Shown here piece after piece: positions 7,845-16,213 of a stretch of DNA of 32,000 nucleotides. The stretch is from contig NZ_SODD01000017.1 of the NCBI RefSeq assembly GCF_004365815.1, forward strand, positions 1 to 32,000, given 5' to 3'. A program made the position numbers and the translations under genes. The number at the start of each line of letters is the position of its first letter. The first letter of the stretch is position 1. This DNA is from Breznakia blatticola (GTDB lineage Bacteria > Bacillota_I > Bacilli_A > Erysipelotrichales > Erysipelotrichaceae). The notes beneath the pieces are model-generated. The model was not told the origin of the DNA. It saw nothing but the letters and a program-made list of their open reading frames with translations, and did no database searches.

Positions 7845-8585
7845 CTTAAAATATCCGTGGGGTGCTTTTACCCCACGGATTATTGTATAAATAATACCCC
7901 CAGATAATCTGGGGGTCCCGATAGGCTTTAGCGGAGTGGTAACGAAAAAACCCTCCTGTATAATTGAGGTGCGGCATAGCAACTGCATCCAACAATAAAT
8001 ACAAGGAGGAAATGTCAATGAATAACAATGACGTACATAGTTTAGCACATAGCAAGTGGTGCTGCAAATACCATATCGTATGGGCACCGAAATACAGGAG
8101 GAAAGTATTTTACGATAGTAAAAGATTAGAAATAGGAAAAATAATAAGAGATCTTTGTGAATGGAAAGGTGTAAATATACTTGAAGCAGAAGTGTGTGTA
8201 GATCACATCCATGTATTAGTAGAAATTCCTCCGAAATATAGCATATCTGGATTTATGGGATATTTAAAAGGAAAAAGTAGTCAGATAATCTATGAGAAAT
8301 GGGGAAATATGAAATTCAAATATCGAGGTCGCTCTTTCTGGTGTAGAGGATATTACGTTGATACGGTAGGGAAAAACACCAAGAAAATAACAGAATATAT
8401 ACAGAATCAACTGAAAGAGGACCGTGAGGCAGAACAATTAACAATGAATTTGAAAGATCCGTTTGGAAAGTAGCGTGCAAGACGCATAGGCGAAGCCAAA
8501 TGAAATAAAACCCCTTTAGGGGTGGCTGTTGGAGGAGGGCTATGCCCGCACAGTAAAATACCACCGGCTAAGCCGGTGGATATTT
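7845..8585 (+). mobile_element. IS200/IS605-family element (tnpA only), boundaries approximate
   Basis: Y1 transposase gene flanked by subterminal hairpins. Upstream: ATCCGTGGGGT-gctttt-ACCCCACGGAT (7853-7880) and ACCCCCAGA-taa-TCTGGGGGT (7896-7916). Downstream: CCACCGGC-taa-GCCGGTGG (8561-8579). The size is typical of IS200. Confidence 0.6.
8018..8473 (+). CDS. tnpA: IS200/IS605 family Y1 (HUH) transposase TnpA
   Basis: AAGGAGGA SD before ATG 8018. HUH motif in VDHIHVLVEIPP and the catalytic-Tyr region ITEYIQNQ. The length is 152 aa. Confidence 0.9.
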   Translation: MNNNDVHSLAHSKWCCKYHIVWAPKYRRKVFYDSKRLEIGKIIRDLCEWKGVNILEAEVCVDHIHVLVEIPPKYSISGFMGYLKGKSSQIIYEKWGNMKFKYRGRSFWCRGYYVDTVGKNTKKITEYIQNQLKEDREAEQLTMNLKDPFGK

Positions 8586-8630
8586 ATTTATAGCCTCAGT
8601 TTTGATTAGAATTATACCAGTTTGATTATG

Positions 8631-9992
8631 TTAACCTTTCTGGTTTTTCTTTTTGTATTTCCCTCGGTTTTTACCTGGTTTTTTGATTTCTTTTTTGTGC
8701 TTAGTTAAAGAAAACTTTTCGAATTGATTTTGTGAAAATATAATACGATTCCTCGCTCTGTCAAAGTTACGAAATCCATTTGCATTACTTAATATTTTCT
8801 TCACGTAGTTGTTCTTTCCTTCAATTGGACCATTGGACAATCTACGACCATTAATCCAAACGAAAGAGTTTAATATTTCTTTCTTCCAATTCATTAGGGT
8901 ATTGGCACAGTAAGTGAACTCTTTGATATCAGAGGTTTCCATTGCTTCAATGATACTCTCAAGCTGTATTCTAGTTTTCTTTGCATTATGCGTAAGTTCT
9001 TCTTGATCATTGAATTGAATATACATTTCCTTTAGTTGATAGGCAACTCTTAGATCTACATCTATTTTTAAGATTTCTTCGAGTACTCGATTCTCATTTG
9101 TATGAAAGCCAAGAATCCTGTCATAGTAAAATGCATCTGAGTTAATATTGTCTCTATTCTTTAAAATGATTTTGTATCTATACTTTAATAACTTGTATTC
9201 CTTACTATCGTGAGTATCGTTGTATTTTCTCATGATACGTTTTCTTACGATATTTAGAGAATCATTAATTTTCTTCACAACGTGAAATGGGTCAACGCAA
9301 ACAGATGCTTCTTTAAAGAATATACTAGCTAAATCACAATAGTTCTTATACATATCGATAATTACGTAATCAACGTTATTACGTTCCTCTCTTGGGATTG
9401 AATAAAAATAACTGTTTAAAAATTGAGTATGTCTAGACTCCAAAATATCTAAGATGATTTTCTTTTCAAAATCCATGATCATAAAGGCATATTTGTATTT
9501 AGAGTGGCTATTGAAATAGAACTCATCTAAACAAATAATTCTACTTAACTTCTTACGTGGTATTTGAACGTAACTATCAAACACGTCAACGACTTTTGAT
9601 ACAGATATATGATATCTTCTGGCAACATCAGAAAATGTTGAATTATATGGTCGCAAATCATTTAATATGCTTATAATTGAATAGGAAGATATTTTTGTTT
9701 GGTCCTTCAAAGTGAATGGGTTACTTTCAGTGAAGGAAGCACGGCAATGCTTACATAAATATCTTCTACAATTATAAAAAATTGTTGTTTCCCGATTCAG
9801 TAAAAATGAATGGGAAATTTTTCTTTTGGTGTAACCTTTGACATACATTGTTTCTTTATCGCATTTTGGACAGTAGTGAACTTTCTTTTTTAATGTTAAC
9901 TCTAAGTTGAAATCCTCTAACGATTTAACTTCTTCTATTTGATCGTATGCCTCTTCAGAAAGAGCTAAAGCTTTCATTATAAATTTCTTCAT
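8631..9992 (-). CDS. ISL3 family transposase
   Basis: 453-aa ORF with GAGGAGGAAA SD. It has an N-terminal zinc-finger pattern (CPKCDKET...CKHC), an HTH region and a long DDE-type catalytic region typical of ISL3 transposases. Confidence 0.9.
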   Translation of the reverse strand: MKKFIMKALALSEEAYDQIEEVKSLEDFNLELTLKKKVHYCPKCDKETMYVKGYTKRKISHSFLLNRETTIFYNCRRYLCKHCRASFTESNPFTLKDQTKISSYSIISILNDLRPYNSTFSDVARRYHISVSKVVDVFDSYVQIPRKKLSRIICLDEFYFNSHSKYKYAFMIMDFEKKIILDILESRHTQFLNSYFYSIPREERNNVDYVIIDMYKNYCDLASIFFKEASVCVDPFHVVKKINDSLNIVRKRIMRKYNDTHDSKEYKLLKYRYKIILKNRDNINSDAFYYDRILGFHTNENRVLEEILKIDVDLRVAYQLKEMYIQFNDQEELTHNAKKTRIQLESIIEAMETSDIKEFTYCANTLMNWKKEILNSFVWINGRRLSNGPIEGKNNYVKKILSNANGFRNFDRARNRIIFSQNQFEKFSLTKHKKEIKKPGKNRGKYKKKNQKG

Positions 9993-10064
9993 TTGATTAT
10001 TTCCTCCTCTTGTAAATGAAAATAACTGAGGCCAATAAAATCATAATAAAAAAATGGAGTAATA

Positions 10065-10150
10065 AATACCCCATAAATATTTTAAAGCGGACTATTTATT
10101 ACCCCATGATTTATTTAAAGCCAGATTCGCCCCACGATTTTTTAATATAC
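10065..10150 (+). repeat. Three direct copies of the ISL3 terminal-repeat-like motif ACCCCAYRATTT(A/T)TTTAA
   Basis: C-runs start at 10069, 10102 and 10130, giving spacing of 33 and 28 bp. The middle copy is the best partner of the left inverted repeat at 7807-7832. Confidence 0.7.
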
Positions 10151-10191
10151 CAAATGTTTAAGGTGTTTTTATATGGTCACGCCAAAACAAC

Positions 10192-10216
10192 AAAAAAAGG
10201 AGGCTGATAAACCTCC
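10192..10216 (-). terminator. Probable terminator of the spx-like gene
   Basis: On the minus strand, a GGAGG-8 nt-CCTCC hairpin is followed by seven T. The stem is short. Confidence 0.45.
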
Positions 10217-10272
10217 ATAGATCATAAGCTAATCTATTTCGTTACAGCCCCTTTTTATTCATTGATGCCTAT

Positions 10273-10650
10273 TTACTCATTTCCAAACACGTTACGTGTT
10301 TCACTTGGAACGAATGCAGTGATTTCATCGTTGTCAAATCCAACTACGAAACTATCGTGATCAAGTAGAATTGGTCTTTTTAAGACGGTAGGATTCTCTT
10401 GAATAAAGTTTACTAAGTCGTTGACTGTTAAATCATCGATGTCCTTTCCTAATGTTTTAAATGCTTTTGAACGGGTAGAGATGATGTCATCAGTTCCATT
10501 CGGGCATCTTTGTAGCAAATACTTGATCTCTTCCTTGTTAAGCAGCGTACTTTGAATATTCTTTTCCACGAAATTCAAATTGTTCTCCTTTAACCAAGCT
10601 TTCGCTTTGATTGCACTTGTACAACCAAAAGATGTGTACATTAAAATCAT
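10273..10650 (-). CDS. spx: Spx/ArsC-family global regulator-like protein with CXXA in place of the CXXC redox motif
   Basis: MILMYTSFGCTSAIKAKAWL...GTDDIISTRSKAFKTL...LKRPILLD aligns along its length with my recollection of Bacillus subtilis Spx ([20 protein letters not shown]...). The second Cys is replaced by Ala. Confidence 0.8.
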   Translation of the reverse strand: MILMYTSFGCTSAIKAKAWLKENNLNFVEKNIQSTLLNKEEIKYLLQRCPNGTDDIISTRSKAFKTLGKDIDDLTVNDLVNFIQENPTVLKRPILLDHDSFVVGFDNDEITAFVPSETRNVFGNE

Positions 10651-11125
10651 ATCTTCCTATTACTCCTTTCCTTTTCCCTACACTTATAATACCATAACCA
10701 TTCTTTTAATTCCTACCAGTTTTACCGAATTTTAAACCAATTTTAACCAATTCTTAACAATATACACGAATTATATGCAAATTATATGAATCTTCCGAAA
10801 AAAGACGTTAAAATCGCCAATTCTTTGATAAAACTTATACCTACTATTTTGCTTGGGTTATGTGATAATTCAGTGTATATCTACCAAAAAATAGATGGAT
10901 TACAGATGAAGGAAGGATACCTATTTTGTCGTAAACATCATCGTTTGACAGAAAGGACATCAATTCTCTACAATTGGTCAAAATCTTCACACAAATTTCC
11001 ATAAAGAATTGATATTGTACCCACTTGACGACAGTATTATATGTGTATACAAACGTTACACCCGTTTGTTGAAGTATCGACATAATCCTAGATACTTCAT
11101 TATATTCTCCCTTTTAAATAATTAA

Positions 11126-11157
11126 AAAATAAAGAGCTCGGCGGCTCTTTATTTTTT
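11126..11157. terminator. Hairpin with flanking A and T runs (bidirectional terminator-like), with no annotated gene to terminate
   Basis: AAAAAATAAAGAGC-tcggcg-GCTCTTTATTTTTT. Confidence 0.55.
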
Positions 11158-11223
11158 GTGTTTGGGCATACGTTTTTTCAAACGTTTTATGTATGGTATA
11201 ATGAATAGCGTTTGGAGGTACTT

Positions 11224-12957
11224 ATGTCAAAAAGAATGAAGAAGTTTTTATCCTATTATAAACCTTATAAAAAAATCTTTTTTACTGATATGTTTTGCGC
11301 CTTTGTCGCTAGTGCAGTTACTTTAGTATTCCCATTGATGACGCGTTATGTTGCCAATGATGTACTAGGTAGTGGTGGCTCTATCGAAATGGATGCAATT
11401 GCAGTTTTTGCGGGGGTATTTTTAGTACTCGTGATTATTGAATATGTATGTAATTACTATGTAGCATATCGTGGGCACGTAATGGGTGCATTTATGGAAG
11501 CAGATATGCGTAATGAATTATTTCAACATTACCAAAAGTTAAGTTTTAGCTTTTATGATGATCAAAAAGTTGGACAATTGATGACACGATTAACCAATGA
11601 TTTATTCTCACTTACAGAATTATATCACCATGGTCCAGAAGATATCGTTATTTCATTTATTCGTATTGTGGGAGCCTTTGCAATCCTATTAGCGATTCAT
11701 GTTCCATTAACTTTGATCATGTTTGCTTTAATTCCGTTTATGATTATTTTTGCGATTTACTATAATAAGCAAATGAAACGAGCATTTAAAGCCAATCGTC
11801 AAAAAATTGGAGATATCAATGCACGTATTGAAGATAGTTTATCTGGAATTCGTGTAGTAAAAAGTTTTGCCAATGAAGAAGCGGAGATGAATCGATTCTC
11901 TCATGAAAATAGTTTATGGATTGATACAAAACGTAACTCATATCATAAGATGGGTCGTTTCCATGCTGGAATTGGCGCATTTATCTCAATGCTGAGTGTC
12001 ATCATTATTATTGGTGGTGCATATTTCATTAGCATTGGGGAAATGAATGCAGGAGACTTGATTGCTTACCTATTATATATATCAAATCTAACCGATCCAA
12101 TTAAACGTTTAATTAACTTTACAGAAACTTTCCAAGATGGGGTCAGTGGATTTGAACGCTTTATGGAATTATTAGAAATTCATCCAGATATTGAAGATGC
12201 ACCGAATGCAATTGAATTAAAGGATGTAAAAGGAAATGTAGATTTTGAACATGTATACTTCCGTTATAATGAGAAAAGTGATTATGTACTGCGTGATGTA
12301 AACTTACAAGTACAAGCTGGTGAATACATTGCCTTGGTTGGGCAAAGTGGGGCAGGAAAAACAACGATGTGTTCCTTGATTCCACGTTTCTATGAATTAA
12401 GTGATGGAGTGATTCGTATTGATGGAATATCAAATCGTGATGTTACATTATCCTCTTTACGGAATCATATTGGAGTTGTACAACAAGATGTCTACTTATT
12501 TGCAGGAACAATTATGGATAATATTGCCTATGGAAATCCAAATGCAAGTGAAGAAGATATTATCCGTGCAGCTAAACAAGCCAATGCGCATGATTTCATT
12601 GTTGAATTAGAAGATGGGTATGATACAGATATTGGATCTCGTGGAGTCAAACTATCCGGAGGACAAAAACAAAGAATTTCGATTGCCCGTGTTTTCTTGA
12701 AAAATCCATCAATTCTTATTTTTGATGAAGCAACAAGTGCTTTAGATAATGAAAGTGAAAAAGTTGTTCAAGAATCACTGGAACAACTAGCAAAAAATAG
12801 AACGACATTTGTGATTGCGCACCGTTTAACTACAATTAAAAATGCACAACGCATTGTAGTCTTAGGTGAATCTGGAATTGATGAAGTAGGAAGTCATGAT
12901 GAATTACTCGCTAAAAATGGTGAATATGCAAAATTGTATGAAATGCAATTTAGATAA
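11224..12957 (+). CDS. ABC transporter, fused permease/ATP-binding (type I exporter, MsbA/MdlB-like)
   Basis: ATG 11224 follows TGGAGGTA. Six-TM exporter domain, then Walker A GQSGAGKTT, signature LSGGQKQR and Walker B ILIFDEATSALD. Confidence 0.9.
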   Translation: MSKRMKKFLSYYKPYKKIFFTDMFCAFVASAVTLVFPLMTRYVANDVLGSGGSIEMDAIAVFAGVFLVLVIIEYVCNYYVAYRGHVMGAFMEADMRNELFQHYQKLSFSFYDDQKVGQLMTRLTNDLFSLTELYHHGPEDIVISFIRIVGAFAILLAIHVPLTLIMFALIPFMIIFAIYYNKQMKRAFKANRQKIGDINARIEDSLSGIRVVKSFANEEAEMNRFSHENSLWIDTKRNSYHKMGRFHAGIGAFISMLSVIIIIGGAYFISIGEMNAGDLIAYLLYISNLTDPIKRLINFTETFQDGVSGFERFMELLEIHPDIEDAPNAIELKDVKGNVDFEHVYFRYNEKSDYVLRDVNLQVQAGEYIALVGQSGAGKTTMCSLIPRFYELSDGVIRIDGISNRDVTLSSLRNHIGVVQQDVYLFAGTIMDNIAYGNPNASEEDIIRAAKQANAHDFIVELEDGYDTDIGSRGVKLSGGQKQRISIARVFLKNPSILIFDEATSALDNESEKVVQESLEQLAKNRTTFVIAHRLTTIKNAQRIVVLGESGIDEVGSHDELLAKNGEYAKLYEMQFR

Positions 12958-12967
12958 GGAATAAACC

Positions 12968-13498
12968 ATGGAAAATAAACCGAAAAAAGAAGCACTAACA
13001 AGTCAAAGACGTGACGCGATTTTAGATGATTTAAAACATACAACACAACCACTTAACGCAACAAAACTTGCGCAAAAGTATGGAGTATCAAGACAAATCA
13101 TCGTTGGTGATATCGCGATACTTAAAGCTAGACAAGAACCAATTGTGGCAAGTGTCAAAGGATATCTATACTTACGTGAACATGACGAGTATTATACGAT
13201 TGCATGTAAACACGAAGAATCACAAACTGGTGATGAACTTTCTTTGATTGTTGATCAAGGTGGAATCATTGTGAATGTAATTGTTGATCATCCATTATAT
13301 GGTGAACTAATTGGTCAACTGGATATCCATTCACGTTATGATGTAAAAGCATTTGTGGAAAAAAGTAAAAGCTTAGGTGCTCGTAACTTAAGTGAATTAA
13401 ATGATGGCGTCCATTTACATACGATTCAATGTCCAAATGAGGAAACATTTGAACGGATTAAAAACGTATTGCGCGAACATCATTATTTATACGAATAG
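12968..13498 (+). CDS. niaR: NiaR/YrxA-type transcriptional repressor of NAD metabolism (HTH_11 plus 3H domain)
   Basis: N-terminal HTH (LNATKLAQKYGVSRQIIVGDIAILK) and a C-terminal 3H-type domain with conserved histidines (CKHE..., VDHPLYGEL, GVHLHTI). It starts 10 nt after the ABC gene stop with an AAGGAA SD. Confidence 0.8.
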   Translation: MENKPKKEALTSQRRDAILDDLKHTTQPLNATKLAQKYGVSRQIIVGDIAILKARQEPIVASVKGYLYLREHDEYYTIACKHEESQTGDELSLIVDQGGIIVNVIVDHPLYGELIGQLDIHSRYDVKAFVEKSKSLGARNLSELNDGVHLHTIQCPNEETFERIKNVLREHHYLYE

Positions 13499-13505
13499 AG
13501 AGAAT

Positions 13506-13545
13506 GCGATATGACGTAAGAAAAATTACGCATGTCGCTTTTTTT
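13506..13545 (+). terminator. Rho-independent terminator
   Basis: GCGATATGACGTAA pairs with TTACGCATGTCGC and is followed by seven T. Confidence 0.8.
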
Positions 13546-13582
13546 GTGCATGGTCATATCAAAAACATAGTATAATACAACT

Positions 13583-16213
13583 ATGAGATTACAACAGATC
13601 AAAGAACATACCATGATTTTAGCACCATCCTATTTACACAAACAATTACGTAGTGATTTACTCAAGCAGACAAATGGCTTAGCAAACGTAAGTATTATGA
13701 GTGTGGATACGTATCTAGCAAGTTTACTAAGGAATAACTATGATGCATATCCATATCAATGTTACTTAGCGATGCAAGATTTAGCACTTACGTATTTTGC
13801 GGGTGTAAAAGATAATACCGACTTCATAAACGAAGTCGTTCAATTTGTGGATGATGTAAATTTCTATGGTATAGATGCAAATCAATTAAAAGAAAGTGAT
13901 GTCTATTTAAAAGAATTGAAAGACATTGTTTTTAACTTGCTAACAATACCAAGTGCAAGCAAGGAACAACGGGAACGATTGTATGCTCTTGATGATGCAT
14001 CAAATATCGTAATTATCGATGACTTTGCAAATGAAAGACATCGATACATTTATGATGTACTCCAACAAAAAGGAGCAACACATATTGCCCCAAATCTTGT
14101 TCAACCAAACAAGGAATTTTACTATGTCTTAAATAAGAAAGAAGAATGTGAAGCTGTGGCACGTTATATCATTGGACATGATATTGATGTGAGTAAAGCA
14201 AAAATGACATTGTTAGATACATCGTATCAACCATTTATTGAACAGATATTTGATCGTTACCATATTCCGTATTCATTTCAAAGTTTACGTAAGAAAAATC
14301 GTATGATTTTTTCATTCACGAGTTTACTTGCGTATTATCTACAACCAGATAGTGAACATTTAGCTGCCTTATTTGAAACAGAGGTTTTTGTTCATCCAAA
14401 GGCACAAGCATTTGTAAATTATGTGCAAAGCTTTCAGTGTACACTTGAGGATAGTTTTACACGCATGGAAGATCATGTTGATGCTGCTCACAATACCATT
14501 GATGCAAATACGCGCGAAGCATTCAAAAAATTGGAACTTGATGCACGTGAAGTAAAAACTGAAGTATATGAGAAGCTAAAATATTTACTATCATGTTTTT
14601 TGCAAGAAGCAATTGTATACATTGAACAACTTGTGGTAGATAATAGTAGTTTTACAAGTATTGAAGATGTGCAAACCATTCGTCAAATTCGTAAAGAAAT
14701 TAAAATTAGCTACACCTATATAAATGAAAAAACAATTTCGTTATTTATTGAGCGCTTAGAAGCATTGCAACTCAAGCAATCCAAAGAAATGTTAGGCTTA
14801 CAAATTGGTGAACTTACACAGCCGACAAAAGAGATGGACTACCATTTTGTACTAGGTGCTACGGCCAATCATTTTCCTGGATTTGTTGCTAAGAGTGGCT
14901 TGTTTTCAGAAAACTATATTAAACATACCGACTATCCAAGTTTAGAAAGTCGTTATGAATTTCATGTACAACAAGCAATCGATTCTTTACAGACAAGTCA
15001 AAATCTTATCGTATTTTATGCAACCAGTGGACTTGATGGAAAGGTTCAACAACCTTCACTAGAAATAGAAACACTGATGCAACAACAAGCAAAACCATAT
15101 CCATTACCATTTGCATATCAAATGTATCAAGTTGATACAAACTTACAACCAACATATGCAAAAGCATTATTTCAAAAAGATGGAATGTATATGGGTTCAG
15201 TATCCGCTTTTGAAATGTATGCAAACTGTCCATATAAGTATTTCTTGCGTCATGGTTTAAAAATCTATGAAGAAGCAAAAAATCCATTAGATAACTCAAC
15301 GACAGGTACACTCATGCACTATATTTATGAGTCGCTTACTTCACAAATGGGAAAAAACTATGCTAGTGCATCATGTGCAGAAGTTGCGCATTTGATAGCT
15401 AGAGAAAGTAAAGCACTTGCAGATGTATATGTGCAAAATGCAAAACAACTACAAATGAGTCAAGAACGCTTATTACAATCCCTTATGCAAAACCTGGCAT
15501 ATTTAGAAATGTTTGAAGAAACAAGTCATTTAGTACCCACTGCTTTTGAGTATGAATTTTATGCAACCATTCCAACAACTCACGCAAACGTAAAATTGCA
15601 TGGATATATTGACCGTTTGGATATGAACCGCGATTTTGTAAGTGTCATTGACTATAAAAGTAGTGCAAAGAAACTAGATTTAAAAGAAGTACGTAAAGGT
15701 ATGAAACTTCAACTTCCTACATACTTATATGTGGCACATCATGAATTCCAACGTCGTCCAGTTGGTGCATACTACTATAGCTTACAAAATGGAAAACAAG
15801 CTGCATACTATGCAAAGATGAACCGAGGAAAACTAATCGAACAAAGCGAAGAAGGTCGTAAGCAAAACTTTGAGAAAACAAAGAAATTATCTGGTTGGAC
15901 CACATCTACAGATTTCCAAGTGATGGATCAGGATGAACGTTTTATTGATGGCATTGCAAGAAAGAAAGATGGAAGTTTTAGTGCATCAACAAAGATTTAT
16001 AATATTGAGGCAGTTGAAACCTTATTAAAAGCAAATTTAGAACGAATTGTGGACAACTTAATGCAAGCCAATATTCGCATTGAACCAGTTAGTTGTGCAT
16101 ACTGTAAATATCAAGATATTTGTCATAACCGCAAAGATGGATATGAAAGAGATATGTTAGATGTCGATCAAGATATCTACTTAGTTGGAAAGTTAAAGGA
16201 GGAAAGTCAGTGA
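13583..16213 (+). CDS. addB: Helicase-nuclease AddAB subunit B (AddB/RexB), compact form
   Basis: Directly upstream of addA and overlapping it. C-terminal PD-(D/E)XK nuclease motif GYIDRLD...VIDYKSS. Four-Cys iron-sulfur pattern (ANCPYKYF and SCAYCKYQDIC). The start may be ATG 13583 or ATG 13613. Confidence 0.85.
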   Translation: MRLQQIKEHTMILAPSYLHKQLRSDLLKQTNGLANVSIMSVDTYLASLLRNNYDAYPYQCYLAMQDLALTYFAGVKDNTDFINEVVQFVDDVNFYGIDANQLKESDVYLKELKDIVFNLLTIPSASKEQRERLYALDDASNIVIIDDFANERHRYIYDVLQQKGATHIAPNLVQPNKEFYYVLNKKEECEAVARYIIGHDIDVSKAKMTLLDTSYQPFIEQIFDRYHIPYSFQSLRKKNRMIFSFTSLLAYYLQPDSEHLAALFETEVFVHPKAQAFVNYVQSFQCTLEDSFTRMEDHVDAAHNTIDANTREAFKKLELDAREVKTEVYEKLKYLLSCFLQEAIVYIEQLVVDNSSFTSIEDVQTIRQIRKEIKISYTYINEKTISLFIERLEALQLKQSKEMLGLQIGELTQPTKEMDYHFVLGATANHFPGFVAKSGLFSENYIKHTDYPSLESRYEFHVQQAIDSLQTSQNLIVFYATSGLDGKVQQPSLEIETLMQQQAKPYPLPFAYQMYQVDTNLQPTYAKALFQKDGMYMGSVSAFEMYANCPYKYFLRHGLKIYEEAKNPLDNSTTGTLMHYIYESLTSQMGKNYASASCAEVAHLIARESKALADVYVQNAKQLQMSQERLLQSLMQNLAYLEMFEETSHLVPTAFEYEFYATIPTTHANVKLHGYIDRLDMNRDFVSVIDYKSSAKKLDLKEVRKGMKLQLPTYLYVAHHEFQRRPVGAYYYSLQNGKQAAYYAKMNRGKLIEQSEEGRKQNFEKTKKLSGWTTSTDFQVMDQDERFIDGIARKKDGSFSASTKIYNIEAVETLLKANLERIVDNLMQANIRIEPVSCAYCKYQDICHNRKDGYERDMLDVDQDIYLVGKLKEESQ

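Larger units (their letters stand above)
7807..10150 (-). mobile_element. ISL3-type insertion sequence carrying a nested IS200/IS605-type element (outer right boundary uncertain, 10125-10150)
   Basis: Inverted repeat pair: TCTGGCTCTTTAAAAAAATAAGGGGT (7807-7832) against ACCCCATGATTTATTTAAAGCCAGA (10101-10125), with 22 of 27 aligned columns matching. The left repeat starts GGCTCTT, as I recall for ISL3-family ends. An intact transposase lies at 8631-9992. No target duplication was identified. Confidence 0.55.

Noticed and set aside
7776-8087. 103-aa and 73-aa minus-strand ORFs across the IS200 left end
   Set aside because: They run through the hairpin-forming IS end and the tnpA start region, and they have no SD. 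They are typical spurious ORFs in structured DNA.
8593-10032. Short inverted repeat GCCTCAGTT / AACTGAGGC as the ISL3 ends
   Set aside because: Only about 11 bp match, and the repeat lies inside sequence that is homologous between the two ISL3 elements. The 7807-7832 / 10101-10125 pair is much longer and begins with the family-typical GGCTCTT.
1-10150. Composite transposon bounded by the two ISL3-type elements (both transposases on the minus strand)
   Set aside because: The two transposase N-termini and end motifs are clearly different sequences, so they belong to different family members. The enclosed genes (nudC, CNNM protein) look like core genes. The outer end of the first element is outside the window, so nothing supports joint mobility.
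10016-10207. 63-aa + strand ORF upstream of the ISL3 transposase
   Set aside because: It lies across the IS terminal repeats, has no SD and is a low-complexity K/I/Y-rich translation of AT-rich DNA.
10786-11083. Two mutually overlapping ORFs (72 aa on the + strand at 10786-11004; 79 aa on the - strand at 10844-11083) in the spx / ABC intergenic region
   Set aside because: Neither has an SD or recognisable motifs. They exclude each other and their composition looks non-coding, so they are left uncalled. The region is discussed as a possible RNA locus instead.
7810-11139. GGCTCTTTA at 7810 and its near-complement TAAAGAGCT at 11130 as ends of a larger mobile unit containing spx
   Set aside because: The sequence at 11126-11157 is itself a self-complementary terminator hairpin. 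The match is only 8-9 nt, and spx is a core regulator, so this is most likely coincidence.
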